DNA of 64,000 nucleotides from Flaccisagitta enflata (Eukaryota): NCBI GenBank assembly GCA_965153355.1, contig OZ231126.1, positions 29,884,001 to 29,948,000 of the forward strand, read 5' to 3'. Shown piece by piece: positions 45,008 to 59,342 of this stretch (position 1 is its first letter; each line of letters starts with the position of its first letter). The notes under the pieces were generated by a model. It saw only the letters and a program-made list of their open reading frames with translations, ran no database searches and was not told where the DNA came from. The position numbers and the translations under genes were made by a program.

Positions 45008-45013
45008 AATAAA
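45008..45013 (+). promoter_or_regulatory. Candidate polyadenylation signal of the Cys-rich peptide gene
   Basis: AATAAA about 330 nt downstream of the stop at 44679. Confidence 0.4.
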
Positions 45014-46329
45014 GAAGATTAATCATTCCAGACAATATTTAAGTTGGATAGTGTCATGTAGTTACATGAAGACCGATATCACTGGGATTCACTGCTGTTA
45101 GGTAATAGATAATAGATTTGTAAAGAAACGTTTGGATAAACATCAACGAAAACCCATCCGCTAGCATTCATTCCCAACAAGGGACAAATAACTTAGGATG
45201 ACTTAAAATGACTCAAGATGACTTAAAAAGATAAAATGATGTAGAATGACAAAATTGACTATATTGACCTAATTGACTTATATGACTGAAAATGACTTAG
45301 AATAACTTAGAATGACTAAAAATGACCTAAAATGACTTATAGTGATAAACAGCAGCCCAAAGGAAGTAAATGGTCAGCGGTACCCGTACCCTGCTTGAGC
45401 AGTGTGTGATTTAAGTTGAGGGGAGCAGAGCAGCGGCCCCAAATGGGATAGAGTCCTGTGGAACACAGGGAGAATCAGTCCATTTGTCCATCCGTCCGTC
45501 CATTCTGCCAAACAGCCCAAATCCAAGCAATAAGGCCTGAATCTAAGCAAAATGGCTCAAATCCAAGCATAATGGCACTAATCCAAGGGAAATGGCCTAA
45601 ATCTAACAAAATGGCCCAAATCTGGTCAGAATCCAGGTATCGGAGGCCATAATATGGGTCTAAAGGGCCAAAATGATAGACCTCAGGTCATAATTGAGGT
45701 TTTCTGGCTAGATTTGGGCCATTTTGCTTGTATTTGGGCCATTATGCTTGGATATGGGCCATTTTGTTTAGATTCGGGCCATATTGCTTGGATTTGGGCT
45801 ATTTGGGAGAGTTTGGGTCAGAATAGGCCCCAAAGGAGACAAAGCCCTGAGGATGGATGGGGGATGGATAGACGGACGGACGGACATACGTACTTATGGA
45901 CGGATGGATAGATTCCCCCTGTGACCTACAGGACTTCGTCCCCTTTGGGACCGCATCCTAAAAAGTAAAGTTTTACGGACGGACTGGCGGATGGACTGAC
46001 CGACGGACGGACAAAGCGGGTTGTAGAGTCGCGTGCACGCAATTAAAAACTAGACGGCATGTTGAGTAACGCGGACTACAGGAAGATGAAAGACTTTGGG
46101 ACTCATTCCACATCTTGCTCATGGATTGTGGACTATTGAAGCGCAAATTAGGAAAGGCATAAAAACTTTGGTGAAATTAAAGTGCGAGAAGCGAAAGGCA
46201 AATTTAAACATTGCTTAATGGGTCTGCTCTGGTTGCTTTACTTTATATTATATTATATTAACGGATCCAACATCCAAGAGTGATGGAAATCCGCGTATGA
46301 GAAACTTAAATCATTGGTCTCTAACTTGA

Positions 46330-46713
<384 letters not shown>

Positions 46714-49700
46714 CCCTTAAACCTTCACGGTTCAGTGAAGTTCCAGGTCGCTCACGAATCTTCACTTTTCACTTGCTAACGTCTCGTCTTTGATATTCGA
46801 GTGTGTGCACGCGTTTGCGTGCGTGCTTGTGCGTGCGAGTGAATTTTTGTTTTCATGTGCATGATTAAGTTAACAGTTAAATGCTCGTGCTCGCCTTTTT
46901 GATGCGTCCGTCAGGAACGCATCTCTATAAGAGGGTCTGTCCGTCCGTCCGTCCGTTGGTCGGTCCGTCCGTCACGCCTGTGCAAAAACCGCGTTTGTCG
47001 GCTGTTTTTGGCCACGGTAAGATCCTACACTGAAACAAATGATCAAACAACATGTTTTGAGAGTCTTTTCACCCGTCTGTTCGTCCATCTGTCTCTCCAC
47101 ACATATGTCACATGATCAATACACGCTGAGACACAGCCCGGACGCATCGTTGCCCGGTCGGGCTTGTTACTGTTTAATTTATGTACCTGATTGCCTGTGT
47201 GGCATGTGCAACAATTCATCCTACATAAAACTCATACAATTAATCAAAAGGAAACAGAAATTGAAAAAAATCCGGAAACAATTTGGACATTTATATAGTG
47301 TAAGCTTCCATTACATACACATACATACCTAAAATATGGTCTTTTGAAACACTATCAAAATTCCTTAGGCATATACTTTTTACTAAATGCATCATAATTT
47401 CCTATCTTAAAAAACATATTTTAATATTCAAGAGAAATAGTAAATATTTTAGGGGAAGGGTATGTTAGAGCTGTCTTTTGGCATTGATCGGGACCACCAA
47501 CTCAGCCCAAATTTGGTTAAAATTTACCTAATTGAAAAAAAAAGGGGAACCAGGGTGTCCGTATTCTTTCCAATTGGGTCCCTTAATTCTATTAGGGGGG
47601 TGGGATATAGGTGAATTTGAACTACAATTGGTTAAGGTTATATTTTTTAGTGATTAAAGGGAAAAAGGCCTTCATCTTTAGAAAAGATATATCATGGGAT
47701 GATAGGTCACCATGAGGGGTAACATTTTTAGTACATGTCCAAAAAATAACATTATATTCTAACAAACCACTCAGCTTCTGGTCATCAGTTGGAGTCCTGT
47801 ACTTTTAAGGGTTTTGTGCATTACTGTTTAGGCAAAAGGCATATCTGTGAGTGAGATGTGTTTGTTTACACGCTTCTATGCGTTGTTTGTGTCCACATTC
47901 TAGGGAAGTAAACCAAGAATTTGGATCAATTTGAAGATAAAATTTTTTATCATTATTAGAAGGAGAATTGTTTTAGCTTTCATTTGATACATCACATGGT
48001 AGAATTTGAGACATTTGTGCATTTCAAAAAATGTCTCTGTAATCATATGTTTGTTGACGTTTCTGTCACTTTCTCAACTGATCAGTAACATCATTCACTT
48101 AAAACAAAACAGATTTGAGGAAGTAAATCGAGGTTTTCCTTTGATTTCTTTAGTAAAACATATGCTGTTTCTTTTTATTGTGGCGTCTTAGGGCGTTATC
48201 GCACACAAAAAATGAAAACAGATTTGGAATCAGCATGCTTAAGAGATATTACGGTTAATCTACATTTAGTTACAGCGGCTTCGTTTGACCACGGTGACCT
48301 TTTGTAGAGAACTTAGTTAAAACTTAAGTTTTTAACATGATTAAATTTTTCAAAAAATTGACTCCGAGGATAGCGATAGCAAAATTCTACAAGTTAAGAC
48401 CATGCTTTACTACAATTTAACTATGTATCAGTCTTGGGCCCCCTAGAAAGCGGGTAACTAAATTCTGATATTACATTTTTACTCGCCTCCCTGACTGATT
48501 CCGTTACGTTGACTTCCCTACACATTCATAGATTTTTATCTAAATCATAGATGCGTGTGAAATTATGCACAGGCTTTTCACTAGACACTTGCTATGCTAC
48601 TGTATTTACTGTCACTTTGTATGTTGGTTGGTTGGTTGGTTGGTTGGTTGTCACTTTGTATGTTGGTTGGTTGGTTGGATGTCACTTTGTATGTTAGTTG
48701 GTTGGTTGGTAACGCGAGATTTTGGATAATGCGAAACTGACTATTATAGTGATGGCGAGGCATCACTGCCCGGCCCTACCACTTTACAGCCCCCGTCCTG
48801 CCACGTACCACCCCTGCACAGCTCCACTACTGCCCCTGCCTACCCACAGACATACCTCCTTATTGGCCTTATATCCCGACTTGTTCTTTTTTTCATAAAG
48901 TAACATTATCAATAAACTTTTTAAGTGCGACAAAGCACCTCAATAACTGGCTCGGTTGGTAACGCATTCGTTCGACGATCCACACGTCGCACCTTATTGG
49001 CCTACTTGGCCTTGTTCTTCCCTTCTCCGGCTTTTCAATCTTGTCTTGTCATAGCCAAAGGCAAGAGAAATTTTGCAAGAGTAATTCTGCAACTTGCAGT
49101 GCAAGAATTTCTTTGCAGATTGTCCATCGTTTCCTCTTTTCTTTTAGTTTTAGCCACAGACTTCCGACTCTTAAAAATTCTCCAAGTACAAAAAGCTTTG
49201 TCCGTCCGTCGGTACATCGTTCTGCCACGCTATGGTTATGATTGTCTGTGTGTGGGATGGGAGTTGGGAGGTTGCTCCGAACCCGTTCACGACAGTATTG
49301 TCACCCAGGATTACTTGTTTGCTTGTCTCTCATCTGACGTTTGACGCGTTTTTTCTTTCTCCGTTTAGGAGGAATTGTGTCCAATCTAATCAATGATTTT
49401 GATGAATTCTCAGCTGTTTTTTTTTCGGCAATGATGGAGCAAACTGACAGATTATTAACGGCGATGAGTGGGGCAAGGGGGACTTTGGGGATGTCAACCC
49501 CTTGATTGGGGGTCGAGACTTTGTCAAGTGTAACATGGCCAAGAGATCTCCAATAGATGCGTCTTTCTGAGATGTAAAACATTACGATGGATTACCAACC
49601 ATCTATCTACCTACCGACCCATCTACGAACAGTCGGACACAGCCTCTCAGAGAGTTACGCATCATAGGCATGCTTTACTAGTTTAAAAATCTATCCCATG

Positions 49701-50303
49701 ACGAACAGATAGATGTCCGTCCGTCCGTCCGTCGTACCCTTCCCTCACGTTGATTTTGGTCGGCGAAGTGGAACTCACTTCACGCCATTCTCAGCCATTC
49801 TCTACTAAGCCGAATCTGCTGTAAGTAAAAACCCCAAAACGAAATAAGAAATGGTGACGAGTAATTTTCCCATTCTTCAGTCGAGTGAAGGCCCCCGACA
49901 ATTGCCAATCTTGCTTTTGTAGGGAAAAGATTAGCTATCTGCTTTTCCTATTTTCCACGCAGTAAGCACTAGTCTTCGTGCAGATCAATGTACCTTCACA
50001 TTTGGTGTGGTAAGATCTTACCACACCAAACCCTGTACATGTGCAGATCAGATTCAATCACCAGCGAGTGACTTTCTCTCCCCTGTACGTACCATCTAGC
50101 TCATGTACGTGCTGACAATCGAAATGAAGCATCAAATATAGAAAAGAGATGCAACAAAATGAATAGAACTATTCACGAACAGGAAAAGCCAACACATGAG
50201 CCGGGTAGATTGTGACCAACCAACGGACAAAATTCGGTTCCTTTAGACTTGCTTTGTCCCAAGTTTTAATGAACATTTGTATACAGATAGAAATATTTAA
50301 ATG

Positions 50304-51257
50304 TAACTATGGCAAAATAAAAAAAGACAGTAATTTTCAAAATAATATTGTAAGCTCATTTTTTAGAGCAGCTTTATGATTTTTTAGACCATGATAGTTT
50401 GTCAAATCTGCTACTTAGCAAAAAAATCAGATCTTGAAAAAATTGATTTTTGCACTCATAACATTGATTTTTGCAAAATTTGTCTATTGAACAATCGCCA
50501 AGTTGGTTTCAGTTTCAGTTTAGACTTTACTTTGAAAATTGACTGTGAGCTCAATTTTTGGAGCAAGATCAAATTTTTTGCGATGATGATAGCATGTTGA
50601 ATTTCTGACACAGCCAGAACTCAAAAAAGTTTTTTCTTGTAGCTGCAACATCAATTTTTGTAAAATCAGTTGAAGTTAGATGGTCAAAATAAAAAAAACA
50701 TTTATCTAGAAATGACTTCAAATGTTCATTTTTTTCATTAGCTTCACATTTTTCTTAGTTGGTGATAGTATAACAGGTTTTTGAAACATTGAATAAATCA
50801 GAACTCAAAAAAGTGTAATTTTGCATCGGTATCATAATTTTTTTTTAATAGACCTCCAATAAAAACTCTAGTATTGATATCCAGTTTTGACAGATTTTAC
50901 AAGAATTGATGTAGAAGGTACAAAAATACATTTTTTTGAATTCTGATTTTTTTGCTGTGTCAACAATTTGACCTGCTATCAATAACTCAGAAATATTGAT
51001 CTTGCTCTAAAAGTTGAGCTCACAGAAAATTTTCAAAGTTGGATCTAAATTGAAACCTATTCAGCGATGGTTCAATTGACAAATTTTGCAAAACTCAATG
51101 CTAGGGGTGCAAAAATCAATATTTCAAGATCTGATTTTTTTACCAGGTAACAAATTTGACAAACTATCATAGTCTAAAAAACTATAACGCTGCTCTGAAA
51201 AATAAGTTCACAATATCATTTTGAAAATTACTGTCTTTTTTTATTTTGCCATAGTTA
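50304..51257. mobile_element. Hairpin MITE (TAACTATGGCAAAA family)
   Basis: About 40 bp of near-perfect TIR and a long palindromic interior. Confidence 0.85.
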
Positions 51258-51489
51258 TTCTACGCTACACTCTTAAACGTAAATGTGAACTAGACGCAGG
51301 TGTTCGCCTTGGAAAAGATTTTTTGCATTTTTTCACTGAAAAACATTCAAACGCGATCACAAAAGTCGCTGCACTGAGACTGAATTTGCACGGAAATTGT
51401 TTTCTAAGGTTTCCGCCTTTTTTGGGCTGTCTGACTTTCGTTTTTTCTTTTGTTTTTTCCTTCGTTCTTTCTTCCAATCGTTCTTTCTT

Positions 51490-51497
51490 CCTTTCGT

Positions 51498-51580
<83 letters not shown>

Positions 51581-51773
51581 GATTTTCTTTCTTTCTGTTT
51601 TTCTGTTTTTCTTTCTTTCTTTCTTTCTATCTTTCTTTCTTCCTTTCGCTCTTCCTCTCTTTCATCCTTTCCTTCTTTCTATCTTTCTATCTTTCTATCT
51701 TTCTATCTTTCTGTCTTTCTATCTTTCTGTCTTTCTATCTTTCTATCTTTCTATCTTTCTATCTTTCTATCTT

Positions 51774-51820
<47 letters not shown>
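51490..51820. repeat. (TTTC)n/(TTTCTATC)n microsatellite; similar tract at 53785-54065
   Basis: Directly visible. Confidence 0.95.
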
Positions 51821-51821
<1 letters not shown>

Positions 51822-52109
51822 TTGGCGCCAATAGCCAACTTTTAGTCTTAGTTTTTTTTGCCACGTCAAGACGAAAAAAGAATTGGTCTGACTAAGTGAG
51901 GGTAAAGTAGTATCCTTTGCCCTATTAAACATTCTTTTTTTTTGTGGATTCGTGAAAAGAATGTTTTTCTACTTTCCGATATGATAGGTGGCAGCATGAA
52001 GTCGATTGTTGGCCCCTACCTTGACCATCTCTTAACAATAACCGATAACAATGATTGGCCTTGTTTTATGATTTGCCGAATACTGATAGGGGCGAGTTAT
52101 GTTTTCATA

Positions 52110-52720
52110 CTAACCGATAGCAGTGATCGGAGGCAGCACCTAAGCATAGCTGATTGTAATGTACTCGCCATTACAATTACGAGTACTTACACCAATAGCA
52201 ATGATCGGAGGCAGCACCTTAACATAGCTGATTGTCATGTATTCGCCATTACAATTACGAATTCTTACCGATAGCAATGATCAGAGGCAGCACCTAAGCA
52301 TAGCTGATTGTCATGTATTCGCTGATCACTATTACCATTACGAGTACTTACCGATAGCAATGATTGGAGGCAGCACCTAACTATAACTGATAGTCATATA
52401 TTCGCCATTACAATGACGAGTACTTACCGATAGCAATGATTGGAGGCAGCACCTAAGCATCGCTGATTGTCATGTATTCGCCATTACAATTACGTAGCCA
52501 TGTCTCAGTATTTACCGATGGCAATTGTAAGGTGGCAGCACCTAAGCATCACTGATTGTCATGTATTTGCCATTACAATTACGTAGCCATATTTCAGTAC
52601 TTACCGATAGCAATGATAAGGTGGCAGCACCTAAGCATAGCTGATCGTCATGTATTCGCCGTTACAATCATGAAGCCATGTTTCGGTACTTACCGATAGC
52701 AATGATAGGTGGCAGCATGT
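52110..52720. repeat. Minisatellite, about 8 units of 76-89 bp
   Basis: Repeated ttaccgatagcaatgat..gaggcagcacctaagcatagctgattgtcatgtattcgccattacaattacg. Confidence 0.9.
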
Positions 52721-53820
52721 ACGCATAAACGATTGTTTCATATTGAGCCACTTCCAAGTAATCAGACTCCAATGGACCGACCAACCTGAAGGAAAGAAAG
52801 AAATGTAGTGCGGAAGGAGGAGGAAGCAAGGGTAAGGAGGGGGAGAAAGGAGGAGGAGAGAGAGAAATGACGTTTTGAGACCGATTCACCATTAATGATA
52901 AAAGGAAAAAGTTTCATTTTCACGTTCTGAATTGGAACTCTCTTGGCTGTAATAATGATCAACTTTCATGACGAATCAACCATCATTAATGCGTTGTAAT
53001 GAACAGAAAGAATCAATTTTTGTCATCGATCTCAAAACTGCTACCGAAAGAAGTAATTGCTCTGCACTATTCGTCGCCTCCACAGAAAGATAAAAAAAAA
53101 AAAAAAAAAGAAAAACAATTTAGAGGAAACTCCGTATCACTACATATGATTGTTTTCATTATCAATCTGATCCTGGCCATGATACCAATGATAGAACATT
53201 TGATTCGGTACGATAATGGTATGCAGAACAAGGTAGTTTATGCGATGGAACAGCAACTTGCTCCCAATGGAAAAGGGGGTGGGCAAGATCTAAAGAACCT
53301 TCTTTAGCCTCACATAAGAACTGAGTAATGCCAGGAATATTGTTTCAACTGTTAAATGATAATCAGAATAAACAAATAAGAAAATTAATGGAAAACCAAA
53401 CGATAAGATAGTTCAGATGTTATCAGCGGCTCCAAATCGACGAGGGCAAATTTACATTGATGTATGACTCACAGGGACAGGGTGAGTATGATTCTGTGAG
53501 CTCCGCCGTATTTCCACATTTAGACCACATTTACTGCACCTCTAAAATCAAACTAAATATTTCCCGGTAGGTTTAACTGTGCGATTGGACCATTGCAAAG
53601 GCATACGACCTTTACATTGACTTCGACTTTTAGTTTGTCTGGTTGGTTAGTGGACTTCATAGTTGGTTGAACCACAATTTTGAGAAACAGCAATGACCTT
53701 TGGGAGTAATGTATCGGAAGTCCATTTGGGCATAGCCGTTAATGGTTCCGTGAATTACGCTCTATCGCAATTGCAGTTGTAGTCTTTCTTTCTTTCTGCC
53801 TTTCTTTCTTGTTGTCTTCC

Positions 53821-53875
<55 letters not shown>

Positions 53876-53898
53876 TAGTCTGTCTTTCTTTCTTTCTC

Positions 53899-53946
<48 letters not shown>

Positions 53947-53957
53947 TTTTTTCTTGT

Positions 53958-54046
<89 letters not shown>

Positions 54047-54298
54047 ATCTTTCTATCTTTCTTTCGTTCTTTCATTATTTTTCTTGTTTCTCTTTCTATC
54101 GCTTCTTGTAAAATTCTATTCATCCATCTGCCAGCCTTTCTGTAAGTAGGAATGAAACTAGGGTTGTCAGTTTGTCAAATTATTCCAATTTTTAGTCGCG
54201 TGCACGTGACTCTACAACCCGCTCCGTTGGTCGGTCTGTCGGTCGGTCCGTCGGTCGGTCGGTAATACTTTGCTTTTTTGGCGTTTACGGGTGTTTTT

Positions 54299-54545
54299 GA
54301 CATTGTGTCCCTAGAATGTGTCCCTTGAATGTGTAACGACAATGTGTCCCGACATTGTGTCCCGACATTGTGTCCCTACATTGCGTCCCTACATTGTGTC
54401 CCGACATTGCGTCTCGGTGTTGTTACCCAACATTGTTTCCCAACATTGTTTCCCGACGTTGTTTCCCAACATTGTGTCCCGACCTTGTGTCCTGACATTG
54501 TGTCCCAACATTGTGTCCCGACATTGTGTCCCAACATTGTGTCAC
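54299..54545. repeat. 12-bp tandem repeat (ACATTGTGTCCC-like) inside a HINE-like element
   Basis: Directly visible. Confidence 0.9.
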
Positions 54546-55363
54546 AAGTATCACGAGTCTGGCACGGCTTAAAGAATAAGTCCCGTATGCCTTAACATTT
54601 CTTCCGTTTGATTAATCTCAGGAAATGGACTGAAACAAAAAGAGAAAGAAAAATAAGCAGGCAGCAAAGCAAAATCTACTTCTTCTCCCTCTAACAAAAT
54701 GCTCACGTATACGTATAAGTAAGTTTTGCTAGAAGAGCGGAGGGTCCGCTGGAACAATGTTTGCCGTCATTGGATCAATAGTTGTATATTTTATTATATT
54801 TGATAATGTTAAAATTGGAATGTTAAGAAATAAAAAACATAACTAAAATCGTGAGACTCTCGCCTTTACTATGACTGTAGACTTGACAATACATTTGCTG
54901 TACATGAAAATTGTTTGATACATAATTAAAGGTCAAAATATAGAAAAAAGTGAAAAAAATCATCAAAAAAGGTCTCTTATAGCAAAACAATACGCGAAGT
55001 AAAATTAAAAATATCAATTTTTCTTTTTAGAATGTTGAACAGAATGAGGTGACGATGATTCAAGCCAAATTTGAAATATATATCTTTTTTTCTTGATATT
55101 TTATTAAATACTTAAAGTATTAAAACCTTCATTTGACCAACTTCCTGTGCTCGCTTAACGCCGCTTAATGAGATTAAGCTAGCCCTGATATATATCTATG
55201 TGTATGCCAAAGCTCAATATGAACAGTTTTGTCAGCTAGCGTCAGCTAGCATTCAAAGATATCCTATCATATGCAAATTAAGTTTACGGATGCAAAAAAA
55301 ACTTATTCGAAAAGGATCTGAGAGAGAGGGAAAGAGAGAGAGAGAGGAGAGAGAGATAGAGAT

Positions 55364-55406
<43 letters not shown>

Positions 55407-55855
55407 TTGGTAAGAATGAATTTCTTGCTTTACATTATTAATTCTTTAATTTTCTAGTCCCTTACTTTTACTTATTCCTTAAAAAAACAGATTATGAGTT
55501 TTGTCCTTTAAATAAATATCTATTTGTTGTCATAATACTCTGAAATGTTGCATTGTATTTTATGATTTTTATTGCTCTGAGGTATTTGATATTTATTAGT
55601 CGCGTGCACGCGACTCTACAACCCACTTCGGTTGGTCAGTCGGTCGGTTGGTCAAATTTTACTTTTTTTTATGATTTTATTTCTTTACCTCACTGCTCCT
55701 GCCCAAATGGTCTGGTGTCCTCAAATATGGCCCCTGCCTACTCGTACGCGACTACAATAGCCGTGTATCCGGCCATGTTTTTAGATAAAAAGTAATGATA
55801 GCAATAGAGCTCAGCAATATTTGTATAAATCTACAAGCATCTATCTGCCTTTGTC

Positions 55856-55958
<103 letters not shown>

Positions 55959-56212
55959 TTTTTTCAAGTTTTGATGAGCTATTTTATTTCTATCCACAGA
56001 AAAAATGGGGCGGCAAAATATTCACTGAAGGGTCTTGTGTTCTGAAAGGACAAAAGTTGCTTCGAAATTGCTAAAAATATGCCATTTTCAGCTAGTCCGC
56101 AGTATTTTCGACGAGGAATCCAAAAATCATAGTCTCGAAGAGCTCCGGAAACCATTTCAATATCTTATGCTAATACTTAGTATAAGTACGCACTCAGAAA
56201 GAGAAACACACA

Positions 56213-56258
<46 letters not shown>

Positions 56259-56322
56259 GCAATCTGACTCACTGTTGTCATTGTTTATGTTTGTATTTGA
56301 CTTAATGTCATCCATTTATCTA

Positions 56323-57206
56323 CAGGGTGTACCAACTCAGTTGTAACATGAAGAATCGATGTATCTCAGCTTCTAGAGAAGAAAATCCTATTCTGAAAAA
56401 AGATTCAAAGAGCTCTTAAAAATCGATTTTTACTCATGCCAAGGAAATAGATCAATCCTGTAAGAATTTTACACATTCACAACCTAAAGTGAAGCAGCTA
56501 TTTCTCATAATACAAATTTGACTGTCTTCGCCCATGGATACTGTTTCTTTAAGAGGCTCTCATTTCTAAACGAATTGAGCTACAGACCTCAGATTGGTCT
56601 CAAATTGAAGATCTTTAGCTGTAGTTTTTGGATTCAGTAACAAACATCCCCAAAATAGTGAAGTTTTTGTATTTCTTTCCTTCAAAACCATGTTTTTGAA
56701 AAAACCCCTCGATTTTCAAAAGCATGATTTTGGCAAAAATCACAGTATTCTATTGAAAAAATGCGAATTTTTTTGTGAATTCTCTTTGATTACACAATAT
56801 GTTTTTTTTAGTCCAACTTGACATGTTTGTCAAATATTTTAGAAATAAGAGTCTAACAAAGAGAAATTGATAACGGAAATCAATAGAAAATAGCAAAATT
56901 ATAGCAAAAAGGCATATTCTTCCAAGCTTTTTTTCCATTACTGTTTATACCTTTCCATTATTTTTCTCCTATCCAGCAAAAATCTTTTTTCAAAAGCTCT
57001 TCAGAACTTTTATCAGAATTATATTATCTTTTTTAAAAACAGACATACATCGATTCTTTATGAAAGTTGGACAACATTACTACTCAACCCTACTTTAATA
57101 AAGGATGAGAGCCTTTGGAGCTCTCACTGGTGTTTAATCCGGACCCATCACAACTATCCTTTAAATTTCTAAAGAAATTATGTTACAACTGAGTTGGTAC
57201 ACCCTG
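56323..57206. mobile_element. MITE, Tc1/mariner-like
   Basis: Perfect TIR CAGGGTGTACCAACTCAGTTGTAACAT, TA flanks. Confidence 0.88.
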
Positions 57207-59342
57207 TATGGCTGTCTGACTTACTGCCGTCCTTGTTTCTATTGCTTTTCGGCCTGCAGTCGTCCACATATATATATCGCTATCTGACTAGCTGTTGTCC
57301 TTTTAATTTTCGCCCATAGACTGACCATATTCCTTACAATTATCGCTATCTGACTTACTGTTGTCCTTGTATCTCTTTCACCTAACGTCTCATACGCCTG
57401 TGTACGATTTACTAATCTGTGGCTCTCTTGACTCCCTTGTCTCTTGGCTCACTTCTATTGCCCGCATGGCTAAATGGTATTCATTTTCATCGCTTCGCGT
57501 CTTTGCTCTAGTCTTACAAATGTTTTACGACTTTTTCTAATCTGGAATGGTTTGAATCAATCTGTAATAATCGTTAATAATCTACGACGCTTTCTAAACT
57601 GGAAATGTATCCACTAAGCTTTTTCTAATGTGTCACTGGTCACCATTTATCCACATTTGTCCGCCTGTGGTTTTTGCAATGCTGGGAAACGGATAGACTT
57701 CCGGGGACAAAGGATACTGCTTTCAAAAAGAGATCGGTAAGTCAGTCGGTATAAACGAGGCATTTATCATTATTATATTGGCTTGTTCTCTGTTTAAGTA
57801 TGATTTTTTTTCTTTTGCCAAAGTTTCCAAAACCAAACAAAGGTCCTGTTTCTACATACAGATCAACGCGTCACTCGGTTACTCGGTTGCTCGCACCGCT
57901 CATTTCACTCGCTCACTCGCCATGCTCACTCCCTCGTTGGGGATCGTAAAAGAGGAGAAGATAAAGTCAAAGGGGATAGAATAACAAGGCCGGATACACG
58001 GCTACCCCAGTCACGTGCGGGTGGGCAGGAGCAGTAAGGCCAGAGACCGCAAAAACACAAAAAAAGTAAAGTGTGACAGACCGACGGAAGGACCGACGGA
58101 CCGACAGATGGACCGACGGAACGACGGACGGACCGACAAAGCAGGGTGTAGAGTCGCGTAGCACGCGACTAAAAAATTAAAATGGAAATGGAAATGAGAC
58201 AATGATTGAGTCGTACAAATTAGTAACAAGGCCGGATACACGGCTACCGAAGTCGCATGCGGGTGGACAGGGGCCATACTTGAGGGCACTACACTATATG
58301 GGCAGGAGCAGTGGGGTCAAAGAAAAAAAGTCATAAAAACAAGTAAAGTGTGACCGACCAACAGACCAACCGACCGACGGACAAAGCCGGTTGAAGAGTC
58401 GCGTGCACACGACTAAATCACGTCCTGAAATAATTTGAAAAGAGAGAAACATTCCCTCACATGATTTGTTATAAAAACTGATAACTTGTTCCTCTTCTGA
58501 TTTGTTTTGATGCGCTCAGGCGCCCTGTAGTGTGCAAGCACAGCGTGTCACGTAGTTTACATTGTGTAGTGTGTATCATACATACATACATACTATGTGT
58601 GTAACATACACTGTGACGCAAGTGATGAGAAGAGGTTCACACTAGTCGGGCACATACAGTACAGTATGTAGGCCAAGTATACTGGACAAAGGTCATCTTT
58701 CATTGTTTACAAATTCCAATTGTGTCCATTTTCCATACTGCTTTATTCAGATTCCAGCTCCTTATTGACATCGATCGTCAAAAAAACTCTCAAAACGACC
58801 ATTTTTCGGGCTGATTTGGAATGGACGGTAAGAGGTAATCTTCATTGTTAACAAGTTTTTGACCTTTGATTGATAAAATTTTGACTGGCGATGACGAGAC
58901 ATTTCCTTTGACGAAAGCTTCTGATCACTAATCTAGGTTTGTAAATTGGTAAAACGCTAAAGTCGCTTGCGAGCGACTCTTCAAGTTGGTCGGTCGGTCG
59001 GTTGGTCCATCGTTCGGTTGGTCCCGCCGCCCATTCCATTTTTGAAGTGAAGCCTTTTCAGGCATTTCAAACTTCGTTTTGAATATCGATAATGCAGAAG
59101 TACTGTAGTAGTGTATTTAAAGGTCATACGTAGCGTTTCATCATTATCAACTTTTGCCCTGTTGGCCTGGTTTCCAAGACAAGAGACTTACATTTTTGGA
59201 TGAAGAGCAAAAATGACTGATCGGCAGCCATTCAAGCATAAATCGAGAGCGATTCTCTTTGGCTTGATTAATGGTTTTGACATTAATTTGTCACGAGACA
59301 GTCATTGTCATGAGAGAGCTAGGATTCATTCCCAAATGCTAG

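Noticed and set aside
52110-52720. CRISPR-like regularly spaced repeats
   Set aside because: The units are similar along their whole length with no unique spacers, there are no cas genes, and the context is eukaryotic: a minisatellite.
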